A stretch of 64,000 nucleotides of DNA from Patescibacteria group bacterium (GTDB taxonomy: Bacteria; Patescibacteriota; Patescibacteriia; Patescibacteriales; UBA12465): positions 3,262 through 67,261 of the forward strand of contig JBMNOL010000004.1 in assembly GCA_050943055.1 (NCBI GenBank), given 5' to 3'. How positions within the stretch are numbered: the first letter of the stretch is position 1; every line of letters starts with the position of its first letter. A program made the translations under genes and the position numbers. Below are positions 1 through 9,112 of this stretch, one piece after another. Below the pieces are notes generated by a model. It did not search any database and had not been told where the DNA came from. It was given only the letters and a program-made list of their open reading frames with translations.

Positions 1-491
1 AAACTGGATAGTTCTAAAACTACCCAAGAATCTTTAGTTAACTTTTCCAGAAAAGAAAAAGGAGCGACGCCGATATTGCCGCCTAAGAAAACCTGGCGCC
101 GATCGGCTTTTAAAATTGCGGTAATTAAACTGGCCGTTGTCCCTTTGCCTTTGCTGCCGGTGACGCCGATAATATTTTTTGTCGGAGCTAGCTCTAAAAA
201 CAAATTCATCGCACTGCTAATTGTCACACCTTTTTTTTGCGCTGCTTTTATTTCGGGCAGAAACAGAGGTGCGCCCGGAGAACGAAAGACAATATCAAAG
301 GAGTTTAAATTTTTTAAATAATTTTTACCGCTGTGCCAAGCAACTCTTGTCGGTAATTTTTCTGGTTGCGGATGCGGGTCTAAAACCGTATAGTTGGCGA
401 CTAATTTTTGTTTTTTAAACCACGCCAATAAAGCTTGGTTTTCTAAGCCGTAACCTAAAAAAGCAATTTTTTTTCCGATCAAATCAGGCAT
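1..491 (-). CDS. murD: UDP-N-acetylmuramoylalanine--D-glutamate ligase (MurD), N-terminal part; gene runs off the left edge
   Basis: Absent from the ORF track because it has no in-window stop. Reverse-strand translation from the ATG (complement of 489-491) gives MPDLIGKKIAFLGYGLENQALLAWF...NIIGVTGSKGKGTTASLITAIL...VVLELSSF. That is a Rossmann-like N-domain, the Mur-ligase P-loop and the ELSSFQL-type motif typical of MurD. The + strand ORFs 76-321 and 221-418 are antisense artefacts. Confidence 0.65.
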   Translation of the reverse strand, partial: MPDLIGKKIAFLGYGLENQALLAWFKKQKLVANYTVLDPHPQPEKLPTRVAWHSGKNYLKNLNSFDIVFRSPGAPLFLPEIKAAQKKGVTISSAMNLFLELAPTKNIIGVTGSKGKGTTASLITAILKADRRQVFLGGNIGVAPFSFLEKLTKDSWVVLELSS

Positions 492-496
492 AGTTT

Positions 497-3274
497 TTAT
501 TTTAAGTCGGCCCAGCTGTCGCCGGTGCTAGATTCGACAACAATCGGAACGCTTAAACTTAAAGCCGACTCCATTAAATTTTTTAATTTTGGTAACCAGT
601 AATCGACTTGACCAGTTTTTATTTCAAAAATTAATTCATCGTGAATTTGCAGGAGTAAGCGAATTTCTTCTTCTTGGCCACTAATTTCCTGATCAATATT
701 TATCATCGCTATTTTGATCAAGTCGGCAGCACTCCCCTGAATTGGGGTATTAGTTGCCATTCTCTCGGCCGCCCGCCGGGCGATGGGATTGGAAGAATTT
801 AACTCCGGTAAGTAACGTTTTCGTCCGCCTAAGGTTTCTGTGTAGCCCCGTTCTTGCGCTTCGGCAATAAAACGATCCACCATTTCTTTAACTTTTGGAT
901 AAACAGCAAAGTACTTGGCGATAAAATCGCGCGCTTTTTGGTAAGAGATGTGGGCGTTTTGTGATAGACCATGCGGCCCTTGACCATAGAGAATCCCAAA
1001 ATTAATCGCCTTCGCCTCAAAGCGCATTTGTTTGCTTACTTCCTCTAAAGGAACTTCATTGATTTGGGCCGCGGTTGCTCGGTGAATATCTTGGTTATTT
1101 TTAAAGGCCGCCAATAATTTTTTATCGCCGGAAAAATGAGCGGCTAAACGTAATTCAATTTGTGAATAATCTAGGCTTAATAATTTATAGCCAGGAGTGG
1201 CGACAAAAGCGCGGCGGATTTCTTGTCCAGCTTTTTTGTGGGCGGGGATGTTTTGTAAGTTAGGTTCGGAAGAAGATAAGCGCCCGGTGGCGGCAACCGC
1301 CTGCTGGTAATTAGTATGAATGCGCCCGGTTTTCGGGTTAATCATTTTTGGCAGAGCGGTGGTATAAGTACTCAGTAATTTATTTAACTCACGGTATTCT
1401 TGGATGAGCGGCACAATCTGATGGGCAGCGGCAATTTTCTGTAGCTCTAAATCAGCAGTGGAATAACCACTTTTAGTTTTTTTAATTTCTTTAGTTTCTA
1501 GTTTTAATTTTTCAAATAAAATAATTTGCAGTTGCTTGGGAGAGTTGAGATTAAAATCTTCGCCCACTAAAGCCACGGCCTCCTTACGAATTTCTTTAAG
1601 GCGCTTTTCTAAAGTCGCTGTTAATTTTTCTAAGGGCTTGATTTCCACTTTGATGCCCGTTTTTTCCATTTTTCCTAAAATTATTGCTAAGGGTAATTCA
1701 ATTTTTTCTAAAACCTCAGTTAAGTTTTCGGCTTTTATTTTATGGGCTAAACTCTTGGCTAAGCGCCAAATAAGGGCGGTTTTTTCGCCGGCGAATTCTG
1801 ATTTTTTAACAGCGTCTACTTGGCTAAAGCTAATTTTATCTGTCCCTTTACCGAGCAGCTCGGTGACAGTTTTTTTCTCCCAGCCCAATTCTCGGAAGGC
1901 TAAAGTCTCTAAATCGTGGCGGCGATTATCGGGAGCCAATAAGTAATCAGCGAGAAAAGTATCAAAACTAATTCCGTTTAAATTGAGGCCGACTTCGCTT
2001 AATAGTCGCCAGGTGCGCTTGCTGTCGTGCGTAATTTTTTTAAGAGTGGTGTTTTCCAAGAAGGGGCGTAGTTTTTCTAAATAAGCTGGTGCCACGGTCT
2101 CGTTCTTTTGGTAATTAAATAAATCTAAATTTTGGGGGGCGCTGGTTTGCAAATCTAAGTAATAAGCCTCAGTCTTAGACCAACAAAAAGCCAGGCCTAA
2201 TAATTTATCCTCTTGCGCTTCTACATTGAGCGCCACTTCTTTTTGAAGAGCTAATTTTTTTAAAAATTTGTCAAAATCAGTTTCCGTTTTTAGCAACTGA
2301 TAATTTATTTTTTCTTTTGGTCGCGGCTTTAACTCTGTAATCTCAGAAACATCATTATTATCCCCACCGCTCACCAAGTTTTTAAGTTGCCTGAGGCGGC
2401 CGAGTAAAGAGCGGAACTCTAGGGCGGTAAACAGTTCAGTGGCTTTTTCTAAATCAAAAGAATCTAAGCGCAAACTTTCCCAATCGATTTCTAAATCAAC
2501 ATCGCATTTAATTGTTGCTAGCTCTTGGCTCAGCCAGGCGTCTTCTTGAGAGTTAATTAAAAGGGCAGCAACACGCGGTTTGAGGCGGGGATCATTTTTT
2601 TTGACAGCTTCATAGACACCCTTTAAGGTCCCAAAAGTTTGTAATAATTCGGTGGCTGTTTTTTCTCCTATCCCTTTAACGCCGGGAATGTTATCGCTTG
2701 GATCGCCGCGGAGCGCTTTATAGTCAACAATTTGTTCGGGGCGTAAACCATAACGTTCTTTTACGGTTGTCTCGTCATAAGTGACACTTTCGCTTAAGCC
2801 GCGGCTCATCGCATAAACAAAAGTCCTTGAGTTTACTAATTGCAAACTATCCATGTCGCCAGTAACGATATAACTATCCCAAGTTGTTTCCTTGGCTGCC
2901 CGGCTGACAATTGTGCCGATTAAATCGTCGGCCTCGAAACCAGATTTAGTAAAGATTGGAATATCTAGGGCTTTAGCGACCTCTTCAACTAAGGGGATTT
3001 GGTGATAGAATTCATCCGGGGCTGCTACTCTAGTCGCTTTATAATCGGCATATTCTTCATGTCTAAAAGTTGGTCCAGCACTATCTAAAGTTAGAACTAC
3101 ATATTTCGGCTTAAATTCCAGACAGGCTTTAAGTAAAAAGGAGCTAAAACCATAGACTGCATTCACAACCGTACCATCTTTTGTCGCTAGCGTAGTTGGC
3201 AGGGCATGAAAGCTGCGATGGATTAAGGCGTGGCCATCAATAACTAGTAATTTTGCTTTTTGATTTTTACTCAT
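497..3274 (-). CDS. polA: DNA polymerase I (5'-nuclease + exonuclease-like + polymerase domains)
   Basis: 925 aa. N-terminal 5'-nuclease signature LLVIDGHALIHRSF. Family A polymerase motif A DYSQIELRLAAH, motif B RFEAKAINFGILYG, motif C LQIHDELIFE. Confidence 0.95.
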   Translation of the reverse strand: MSKNQKAKLLVIDGHALIHRSFHALPTTLATKDGTVVNAVYGFSSFLLKACLEFKPKYVVLTLDSAGPTFRHEEYADYKATRVAAPDEFYHQIPLVEEVAKALDIPIFTKSGFEADDLIGTIVSRAAKETTWDSYIVTGDMDSLQLVNSRTFVYAMSRGLSESVTYDETTVKERYGLRPEQIVDYKALRGDPSDNIPGVKGIGEKTATELLQTFGTLKGVYEAVKKNDPRLKPRVAALLINSQEDAWLSQELATIKCDVDLEIDWESLRLDSFDLEKATELFTALEFRSLLGRLRQLKNLVSGGDNNDVSEITELKPRPKEKINYQLLKTETDFDKFLKKLALQKEVALNVEAQEDKLLGLAFCWSKTEAYYLDLQTSAPQNLDLFNYQKNETVAPAYLEKLRPFLENTTLKKITHDSKRTWRLLSEVGLNLNGISFDTFLADYLLAPDNRRHDLETLAFRELGWEKKTVTELLGKGTDKISFSQVDAVKKSEFAGEKTALIWRLAKSLAHKIKAENLTEVLEKIELPLAIILGKMEKTGIKVEIKPLEKLTATLEKRLKEIRKEAVALVGEDFNLNSPKQLQIILFEKLKLETKEIKKTKSGYSTADLELQKIAAAHQIVPLIQEYRELNKLLSTYTTALPKMINPKTGRIHTNYQQAVAATGRLSSSEPNLQNIPAHKKAGQEIRRAFVATPGYKLLSLDYSQIELRLAAHFSGDKKLLAAFKNNQDIHRATAAQINEVPLEEVSKQMRFEAKAINFGILYGQGPHGLSQNAHISYQKARDFIAKYFAVYPKVKEMVDRFIAEAQERGYTETLGGRKRYLPELNSSNPIARRAAERMATNTPIQGSAADLIKIAMINIDQEISGQEEEIRLLLQIHDELIFEIKTGQVDYWLPKLKNLMESALSLSVPIVVESSTGDSWADLK

Positions 3275-3340
3275 AATATATTCATTTTAACACAATCATA
3301 AGGCTTCTCCCAGATTAAGGACTAATGGACACAAAAGCAA

Positions 3341-3368
3341 AAAAAACAAGCCTCGGCTTGTTTTTTTT
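3341..3368. terminator. Intrinsic terminator hairpin (A-run / stem caagc-gcttg / T-run), usable in both directions
   Basis: aaaaaacaagcctcggcttgtttttttt lies directly downstream of tRNA-Ala on the minus strand and upstream of the polA start. Confidence 0.6.
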
Positions 3369-3374
3369 GGAAGG

Positions 3375-3447
3375 TGGACCTTAAGGGACTCGAACCCTTG
3401 ACCCCCTGCTTGCAAAGCAGGTGCTCTACCAACTGAGCTAAAGGCCC
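3375..3447 (-). tRNA. tRNA-Ala (anticodon TGC), no encoded CCA
   Basis: The reverse complement GGGCCTTTAGCTCAGTTGGTAGAGCACCTGCTTTGCAAGCAGGGGGTCAAGGGTTCGAGTCCCTTAAGGTCCA folds as a cloverleaf. Anticodon stem CCTGC/GCAGG, loop TTTGCAA, and the G3:U70 alanine identity pair. Confidence 0.93.
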
Positions 3448-3504
3448 AAAAATTTAACTTGGCTTTATTCTAGCGGCCCTTGGCCCTGGGGTCAAGTATT
3501 TTTA

Positions 3505-3759
3505 TTATAAATTAGGGTTGGCGGTTTTAATAAGTGGGGATAAGAGCCAGCCCCAGAATTCACCGCCACTGCCGGTCATCATTAAAATGCCGATGAAAAT
3601 AAAAATTATTCCCAAAAGTTTCCAGCCCAAGCGGGAGCCGCCAGAGCTACCTAACTTTTTATCAAAAAATTCAATCCGTCCAAAGTTTTGTAAAAACCAT
3701 TCAGTTTTAATTACAAAAAATGATCCCGCTACCGTTAAAAGAATGCCAATAATGATCAT
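3505..3759 (-). CDS. Small hypothetical membrane protein (two hydrophobic helices)
   Basis: 84-aa ORF with two clear hydrophobic segments (IIIGILLTVAGSFFVI, LLGIIFIFIGILMMTG). The overlapping + strand ORF 3518-3772 is Pro/Lys-rich with no features. No family recognised. Confidence 0.45.
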   Translation of the reverse strand: MIIIGILLTVAGSFFVIKTEWFLQNFGRIEFFDKKLGSSGGSRLGWKLLGIIFIFIGILMMTGSGGEFWGWLLSPLIKTANPNL

Positions 3760-3768
3760 AAAAATAAA

Positions 3769-5115
3769 TTAGCGAATATAATTAAGGGGGTTTTGGCGAA
3801 CGCCATTGACGATAACCTCAAAGTGAATATGGGGGCCAGTTGACCAGCCCGTTGATCCCATTGCCGCAATTTGCTCACCGCGCTCCACTTCGTCGCCAAC
3901 TTTAACGTATAGTTTGGAGGCGTGCGCATAACGAGTCTTTTTACCGCCACCGTGGTTAATTAAAACATTATAACCGTAACCGTTGTTCCAACCCGAGACT
4001 TCAACGGTCCCCGCTTCGGCGGCGTAGAGAGGAGTCCCGGTTTTATTGGCAATATCTAAACCGGTGTGGCGCCAAGAATAATATTGCGTAATTCGGCTAC
4101 CTTCAGTTGGCCAAGCCATAACAGCGCCTGAATCTTCAGCCTTAGCCGGGTTAACTAATTTTTCAATTACCGAGCCTACGCTGCCAGAACTAGGTTTACT
4201 GTTGGGGCGGGTAGCGACCGCCGTCACTATTTTTCTACCTCCCGGAATAATTAACTCCTGTCCAGCTTTTAAACCTGACTCTAAATCATTATATTCAAAA
4301 ATTTTATTTTCTTCAACGCCATAGCGGGAAGCAATTAAACTAACCGTATCACCCTTTTTGGCGGTATAAGTAACGCCGGTAACCGGCAAAATCGTGAGTG
4401 AATCACCGGGGCGAATTAAGCTGTAAGCGCCTAAATTATTAGCCCAGAGCACAGTATTAACGCTCACCTGGAAGCGGTTAGCGATTGAAGAAATTGTATC
4501 GCCGGCCTGAACTGTATATTGAACAATATTTTTTCGATTTTGGGGGACATCGGAAACATCCTCGGATTGGCCTTTGGTTTGATTTAAAGGGTTACGAATT
4601 ACTAAAGCAGAACCGTCATGATTCTCAGTTAGCAGCAAGCCATCATTTTTCCCTAAAGGTGTTTGACTCACTAAAGAATCGCCAAAGTTAGAGCTGATAT
4701 CTTCTTGATAATTGGCGTGTCGGTGCTCTTCAATCAGAATTGTATCTTCTGTCAGTAAGCTAAATTCGGTTCTGGCCAAATGAGCGGCAATTGTTTCTTT
4801 GCCTTGAGGTAATAAATTGTTGTTAACTCTGTTTAGGGTGATAACATTGTTAATTGCGACAATGATTGTTAGCGCTAAAACAGTCAGATGAACAGTTCTG
4901 GTTTTTAATAAATTTTGCCAAATAGTATCACCGCCTAAATATTTTTTAACCTTAAATAATAAATGGTAAAGGTGAATCAAGGGTTTGGTAAAGAGCAATT
5001 TAGCTAAACTAAAAATGGGCTTGAAAATAATTAACAAGAGCCCATGAAGGATGTTTTTGATAACAATCAAGATTTTGAGAAGGAGCATCAGGAAACCAAT
5101 CCCTAAGTTCTTCAA
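3769..5115 (-). CDS. Membrane-anchored LysM-repeat / M23 family metallopeptidase (peptidoglycan hydrolase)
   Basis: Two LysM repeats (YTVQAGDTISSIANRFQVSVNTVLWANNL; YTAKKGDTVSLIASRYGVEENKIFEYN). C-terminal M23 signature HTGLDIA...GYGYNVLINHGGG..TRYAHAS...GSTGWSTGPHIHFEV. The track start at 5115 is a TTG, so the true start is uncertain. Confidence 0.85.
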   Translation of the reverse strand: MKNLGIGFLMLLLKILIVIKNILHGLLLIIFKPIFSLAKLLFTKPLIHLYHLLFKVKKYLGGDTIWQNLLKTRTVHLTVLALTIIVAINNVITLNRVNNNLLPQGKETIAAHLARTEFSLLTEDTILIEEHRHANYQEDISSNFGDSLVSQTPLGKNDGLLLTENHDGSALVIRNPLNQTKGQSEDVSDVPQNRKNIVQYTVQAGDTISSIANRFQVSVNTVLWANNLGAYSLIRPGDSLTILPVTGVTYTAKKGDTVSLIASRYGVEENKIFEYNDLESGLKAGQELIIPGGRKIVTAVATRPNSKPSSGSVGSVIEKLVNPAKAEDSGAVMAWPTEGSRITQYYSWRHTGLDIANKTGTPLYAAEAGTVEVSGWNNGYGYNVLINHGGGKKTRYAHASKLYVKVGDEVERGEQIAAMGSTGWSTGPHIHFEVIVNGVRQNPLNYIR

Positions 5116-5216
5116 TTTTGCAGAAAAAGGTTTAATATGGTTTAATTACTATTGTTTTATACTATCATTCTTGTATTTTTATAGTCAAATGACTTTTTTA
5201 ATTTTTGAAAAATTTT

Positions 5217-6779
5217 ATGTCTGTTAAGCCAATAAATAAGCCGGTAGTGCTAGTAGTTTTAGATGGTTGGGGGAGCGCTAAGCCTTCAGTGAATAATGCG
5301 ATTACCCAAGCGTCGCCGCTTTTTTTTGATGAGCTAGTCGCTAATTATCCGGCACGCCGATTGGAAGCTTCAGGTGAAGCGGTCGGTCTGCCGGCCGGCG
5401 TTTTTGGAAATAGTGAGGTGGGTCATCTCAGTTTAGGTTCGGGTCGAGTTGTTTTTCAAGATTTACTTCGTATTGATCGGGCGATTGACGATGGTTCTTT
5501 CTTTAAAAACCCCGAGCTCTTAGCGGCCGCCACTAAGGTTAAAAAAAGCGGGGGCGCCTGGCATTTAATGGGCTTAGCTTCTAATGGCCGCGTTCATTCT
5601 TCATTGAATCACTTGTTTTCTTTACTTGATTTAGCGAAACGCTTAAAAATTAAAGAAGTTTATCTGCATTTATTTTTAGATGGTCGCGATACCCCTCGTA
5701 GCAGTGGGCGGAAGTTTGTTGCCGCTACCGAAGATTACTGTCGCCGCCTGGGGTTGGGGAAAATTGCTACTTTATCGGGGCGTTTTTATGCCCTGGACAG
5801 AGATAATCATTGGGAGCGCTTGGCCTTAGCTTATCAAGCAATGGTTAATCGTCAAGGCCCGGAGTACGACCGGGCAGCGAGCGCCTTAGAGGCTAGTTAT
5901 CAAGCTCAAGTTTATGATGAAGAATTTGTTCCGGCTTTAATTAAGGGCGGCGTCCCGATTCGTGACGGGGATGCATTGATATTTTTTAATTATCGGGCCG
6001 ATCGGGCGCGTCAATTAAGCCGCCTTTTCGTAGATAAAAAATTTCGCGTGCCGGAGCTGACTCCTAAAAAATTTAAAGATTTAAGTTTTGTTGCTTTTAC
6101 TGATTATGATTCCCATCTGCCGCTCAAGGTTGCTTTTCCTTCCGAAACGCCAAAAAAGTGCTTAGGAGAAGTTTTGGCGCAAAACAAACAGCGTCAACTG
6201 CGCGTTGCCGAAACAGAGAAATATGCTCATGTTACTTACTTTTTTAATGGTGGCCAAGAAAAACCTTTTGCCGGCGAAGATCGAATCTTGATTCCTTCGC
6301 CTCGGGTTGCTAGTTACGCGAAAAAACCTCAGATGTCCGCCGCCGCAATTGCCACGGTGGTAGTAGAGGCACTTAAGAGCCATAAATATTCTTTTATTTT
6401 AGTTAATTTTGCTAATCCCGATATGGTTGGGCACACTGGCGATTTGGCGGCGACCATTAAAGGAGTGAGGGCGGCCGATAAAGGTTTAAAGAAAATTGTT
6501 CAAGCGACCTTAAAAGTCCAGGGAACAATTTTGGTTACCGCTGATCACGGCAATGCCGATTCTCTCTATGACACCAGGCGGCGGGAAATTATTAAAGAAC
6601 ACACCCTTAATCCCGTCCCTTTTATTTTAGTTAGTCCAGATAATCGTTTGACTAAAGCTCGTCGTCAACCTTTGTATCGGGAAAAGCCTAGTGGCACCTT
6701 AGCCGATGTCGCACCGACCATTTTGCAAATTAAAGGCCTCTTGCCGCCTCCGGAGATGACTGGTAAAAGTTTACTTTAG
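5217..6779 (+). CDS. gpmI: 2,3-bisphosphoglycerate-independent phosphoglycerate mutase
   Basis: N-terminus VVLVVLDGWG, GNSEVGHLSLGSGR, C-terminal NFANPDMVGHTG and TADHGNA motifs of iPGM. The track start 5205 is a TTG; the first ATG is at 5217. Confidence 0.9.
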   Translation: MSVKPINKPVVLVVLDGWGSAKPSVNNAITQASPLFFDELVANYPARRLEASGEAVGLPAGVFGNSEVGHLSLGSGRVVFQDLLRIDRAIDDGSFFKNPELLAAATKVKKSGGAWHLMGLASNGRVHSSLNHLFSLLDLAKRLKIKEVYLHLFLDGRDTPRSSGRKFVAATEDYCRRLGLGKIATLSGRFYALDRDNHWERLALAYQAMVNRQGPEYDRAASALEASYQAQVYDEEFVPALIKGGVPIRDGDALIFFNYRADRARQLSRLFVDKKFRVPELTPKKFKDLSFVAFTDYDSHLPLKVAFPSETPKKCLGEVLAQNKQRQLRVAETEKYAHVTYFFNGGQEKPFAGEDRILIPSPRVASYAKKPQMSAAAIATVVVEALKSHKYSFILVNFANPDMVGHTGDLAATIKGVRAADKGLKKIVQATLKVQGTILVTADHGNADSLYDTRRREIIKEHTLNPVPFILVSPDNRLTKARRQPLYREKPSGTLADVAPTILQIKGLLPPPEMTGKSLL

Positions 6780-6780
6780 A

Positions 6781-6816
6781 AAAAGGCCTCGCCGGAGCGA
6801 GGCCTTTTGGTTTTTT
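6781..6816. terminator. Bidirectional intrinsic terminator between convergent genes
   Basis: aaaaggcctcgc-cgga-gcgaggcctttt is a 12-bp perfect stem flanked by A-run and T-run, immediately after the gpmI stop. Confidence 0.85.
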
Positions 6817-7735
6817 AATTTCCCGGAACAATTACGGTAAAAGGTTTTTTACTGCCATAAGCGCGGGGCCCGTCTTCCTGACAAAAGCGCTCAATATTTT
6901 GGCGAAAGTAATCAGGTTGGCTCTCTTGAATTTTACCGACTAAGTAATAAGTTAAAGACATCATTAGCGCGTAACCGGCCGCTTCTGGTAAATCAATTTT
7001 CCAGCGGCTACCGGGATCTCCAAAAAAATCATTGGCGCCAAAACTGATCACCAATTCTTTTGGATCGCGAATTACAAATTTAGCGTGTCGGGCCTCGCTG
7101 AAAGTAAAAGCCCGAAGTGATAATTTTGGACCAAAGAGTTCATGTCGCTTGATATCTAGCATCGGCACCAGGCCACTAAATTCATTAGGTAAAATAAAGG
7201 AATAAGCTTTGTAGTTGCCAAAATTTTTGGGGATCTCTAGGGCTGCTAACGCCTTTTTAATCTCAGTTACTTTTTCTCCCCCGGCGCTGAGAATTAAGCC
7301 GCAATAGGTAGAAAAATTATAAGTATAGGGCTCGGCTATTTTGCGGTAGGCCTTTACCTGATCCGCAATTTTGGCGGCTCCGGATTCTGCCGAACAAGTT
7401 AAGAGAGTAGTTTTTAGGCCAGCTGTTTGCGCGGCTTCAACTTGGTAAATAGAATCTTTTTCTCCGGAAGCGGAAATAACTACCGCCTCTCTTAAAGTGC
7501 CATTTTTAATTAAAGATTCGTAGCGCTTTAAACTTAAATCAAAATCACTTTCGTTAGCGTAGATAGCGGTTTTCTCAGCAAATAAAATTTTACCGGTGTG
7601 GTAAGCATTGCCACTACCGACGACTAAAGGGAAAACAAACTGGTTCGGGTCGAAATAAGGTGGCGGCGTCGTTTCAAAAAAATCTAGAGCTTCGGTAACG
7701 ATTGCTGCTAAAGATTTTATCGTCGATTTAGACAT
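6815..7735 (-). CDS. SIS-domain-like protein (putative sugar-phosphate isomerase/binding protein)
   Basis: 306 aa. VVGSGNAYHTG and VVISASGEKDSIYQVEAAQTAGLKTTLLTCSAESGAAKIA resemble the SIS-fold G-x-G-x-S / I-S-x-SG-x-T and T-x-x-x-S pattern. Specific function not recognisable. Confidence 0.4.
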   Translation of the reverse strand: MSKSTIKSLAAIVTEALDFFETTPPPYFDPNQFVFPLVVGSGNAYHTGKILFAEKTAIYANESDFDLSLKRYESLIKNGTLREAVVISASGEKDSIYQVEAAQTAGLKTTLLTCSAESGAAKIADQVKAYRKIAEPYTYNFSTYCGLILSAGGEKVTEIKKALAALEIPKNFGNYKAYSFILPNEFSGLVPMLDIKRHELFGPKLSLRAFTFSEARHAKFVIRDPKELVISFGANDFFGDPGSRWKIDLPEAAGYALMMSLTYYLVGKIQESQPDYFRQNIERFCQEDGPRAYGSKKPFTVIVPGN

Positions 7736-7868
7736 ATGGTTAGTTTAATATTTTACTTTATTTTATCGGTCTTTTTATTATAATTAATCTTGATTTTTAT
7801 TTCAATTTAATCTAAGCTAAAAATACTGGAAATTCAATTTTTTTGGATTTTTTCTTAATTTTTTATAT

Positions 7869-8585
7869 ATGTCAGGACATTCTAAATGGGCGACTACGCA
7901 TCGCCAAAAAGCCATTGTTGATTCTAAGCGGGGAACCGTTTTTACTAAATTGGCTAACAATATTACCATTGCTGCCAGAAAAGGTGGCGATCCGGCGGTT
8001 AATAGTAACTTGCGGGCCGAGATTGACAAGGCGCGCGCCGCTAATATGCCGAAAGATAATATTGAGCGCGCAATCAAAAGAGGAACTGGCGAATTGGCTG
8101 GGGCTCAGGTTGAAGAGTTATATTATGAAGCTCTCGGGCCGGGCGGCCTGCAAGTAGTTGTTAAAAGTGTGACTGATAATAAAAATCGATCGGCCTCCAC
8201 TATTCGTCATACCTTTTCTAAGGCGGGCGGCGCTTTTGGGTCCGTGCTGTGGAACTTTTCTCAAAAAGGAGTTTTCTTGTTGGCGAATGACCAGCTCGCG
8301 GCTCTTGACCGCGAAGAATTTATTTTAGAGCTGATTGATCAAGGAGCCACTGATGTGCAAAATGAAGCCGAAGGCCTAACTATTTATACTGACTTAGTTG
8401 ATTTTCAAAAGATGTCCGATTATTTAAGCAGTCAAAATTTAACTCCAGAATCGGCTGAGATTGCCTATGTCGCTTCTGAAAAAATAACTCTAAGTCCCGA
8501 AGATCAGGAAAAGGCTGATCGTTTACTGGCAGAGTTGGAGGATAACGAAGATGTTAGTGACTATTATTTAAATGCCGATTGGTAA
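7869..8585 (+). CDS. yebC: YebC/PmpR family DNA-binding transcriptional regulator
   Basis: N-terminus MSGHSKWATTHRQKAIVDSKRG and the overall 238-aa length are characteristic of the family. It lies upstream of ruvC, as in many bacteria. Confidence 0.9.
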   Translation: MSGHSKWATTHRQKAIVDSKRGTVFTKLANNITIAARKGGDPAVNSNLRAEIDKARAANMPKDNIERAIKRGTGELAGAQVEELYYEALGPGGLQVVVKSVTDNKNRSASTIRHTFSKAGGAFGSVLWNFSQKGVFLLANDQLAALDREEFILELIDQGATDVQNEAEGLTIYTDLVDFQKMSDYLSSQNLTPESAEIAYVASEKITLSPEDQEKADRLLAELEDNEDVSDYYLNADW

Positions 8586-8594
8586 TTTTTGCTT

Positions 8595-9083
8595 ATGGCG
8601 CGAACGCGAATTATTTTGGGGGTTGATCCCGGCATTGCCGATACGGGCTATGGCGTGATTGCTGTGAGCGGTAGCGTTGTGCGCTGTTTAGCTTATGGCT
8701 CAATAAAAACTAGCGCTAAGAGTAAGTTGCCCGGTCGTTTAGAGGCACTTCACCAAGAACTCTTGTTTATTTTGGATAAATATAAACCCGATCTGGTTTC
8801 GGTTGAAGAACTATTTTTTAGTAAGAATGTAAAAACAGCGATTATGGTCGGCCAGGCGCGGGGCGTAATTTTATTAACTTTACAAGAGCGGGGCTGTCCC
8901 TTGGTGGAATTTAAACCTAGCCAAGTAAAACAGGCCGTCGCTTGTTATGGCGCGGCCACCAAAGATCAAGTTCAGCGCATGGTTAAAGTAATTTTAGGCT
9001 TAAAAACTATTCCTAAACCCGATGATGCGGCCGATGCTTTAGCCCTCGCAATCTGTGCTCTTAATAAACCGCAAATTAAATAA
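8595..9083 (+). CDS. ruvC: Crossover junction endodeoxyribonuclease RuvC
   Basis: ILGVDPGIADTGYGVI (catalytic Asp), VEELFF, C-terminal PDDAADALALAIC motif. The track start 8589 is a TTG; the ATG is at 8595. Confidence 0.9.
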   Translation: MARTRIILGVDPGIADTGYGVIAVSGSVVRCLAYGSIKTSAKSKLPGRLEALHQELLFILDKYKPDLVSVEELFFSKNVKTAIMVGQARGVILLTLQERGCPLVEFKPSQVKQAVACYGAATKDQVQRMVKVILGLKTIPKPDDAADALALAICALNKPQIK

Positions 9084-9095
9084 TTCCTCGGGGTT

Positions 9096-9104
9096 TGCTA
9101 TAAT
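9096..9104 (+). promoter_or_regulatory. Extended -10 promoter element (TGcTATAAT) just upstream of ftsK
   Basis: tgctataat at 9096-9104. The hexamer ends 8 nt before the ftsK ATG (9113). Confidence 0.4.
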
Positions 9105-9112
9105 GGAACTAT

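Noticed and set aside
76-418. Track ORFs 76-321 and 221-418 on the + strand.
   Set aside because: They are antisense to a clearly recognisable murD reading frame, and their products are low-complexity with no features.
829-1946. Track ORFs 829-1020 (-) and 1536-1946 (+) within polA.
   Set aside because: They are alternative-frame or antisense ORFs wholly inside the conserved polA gene, with no independent signals.
3518-3950. Track ORFs 3518-3772 (+) and 3756-3950 (-).
   Set aside because: They overlap better-supported genes (the small membrane protein and the LysM/M23 peptidase) in other frames or strands. Their compositions are atypical.
7817-8157. Track ORFs 7817-8077 (-) and 7843-8157 (+) overlapping yebC.
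   Set aside because: The yebC frame has an unmistakable family signature; the others are frame artefacts.
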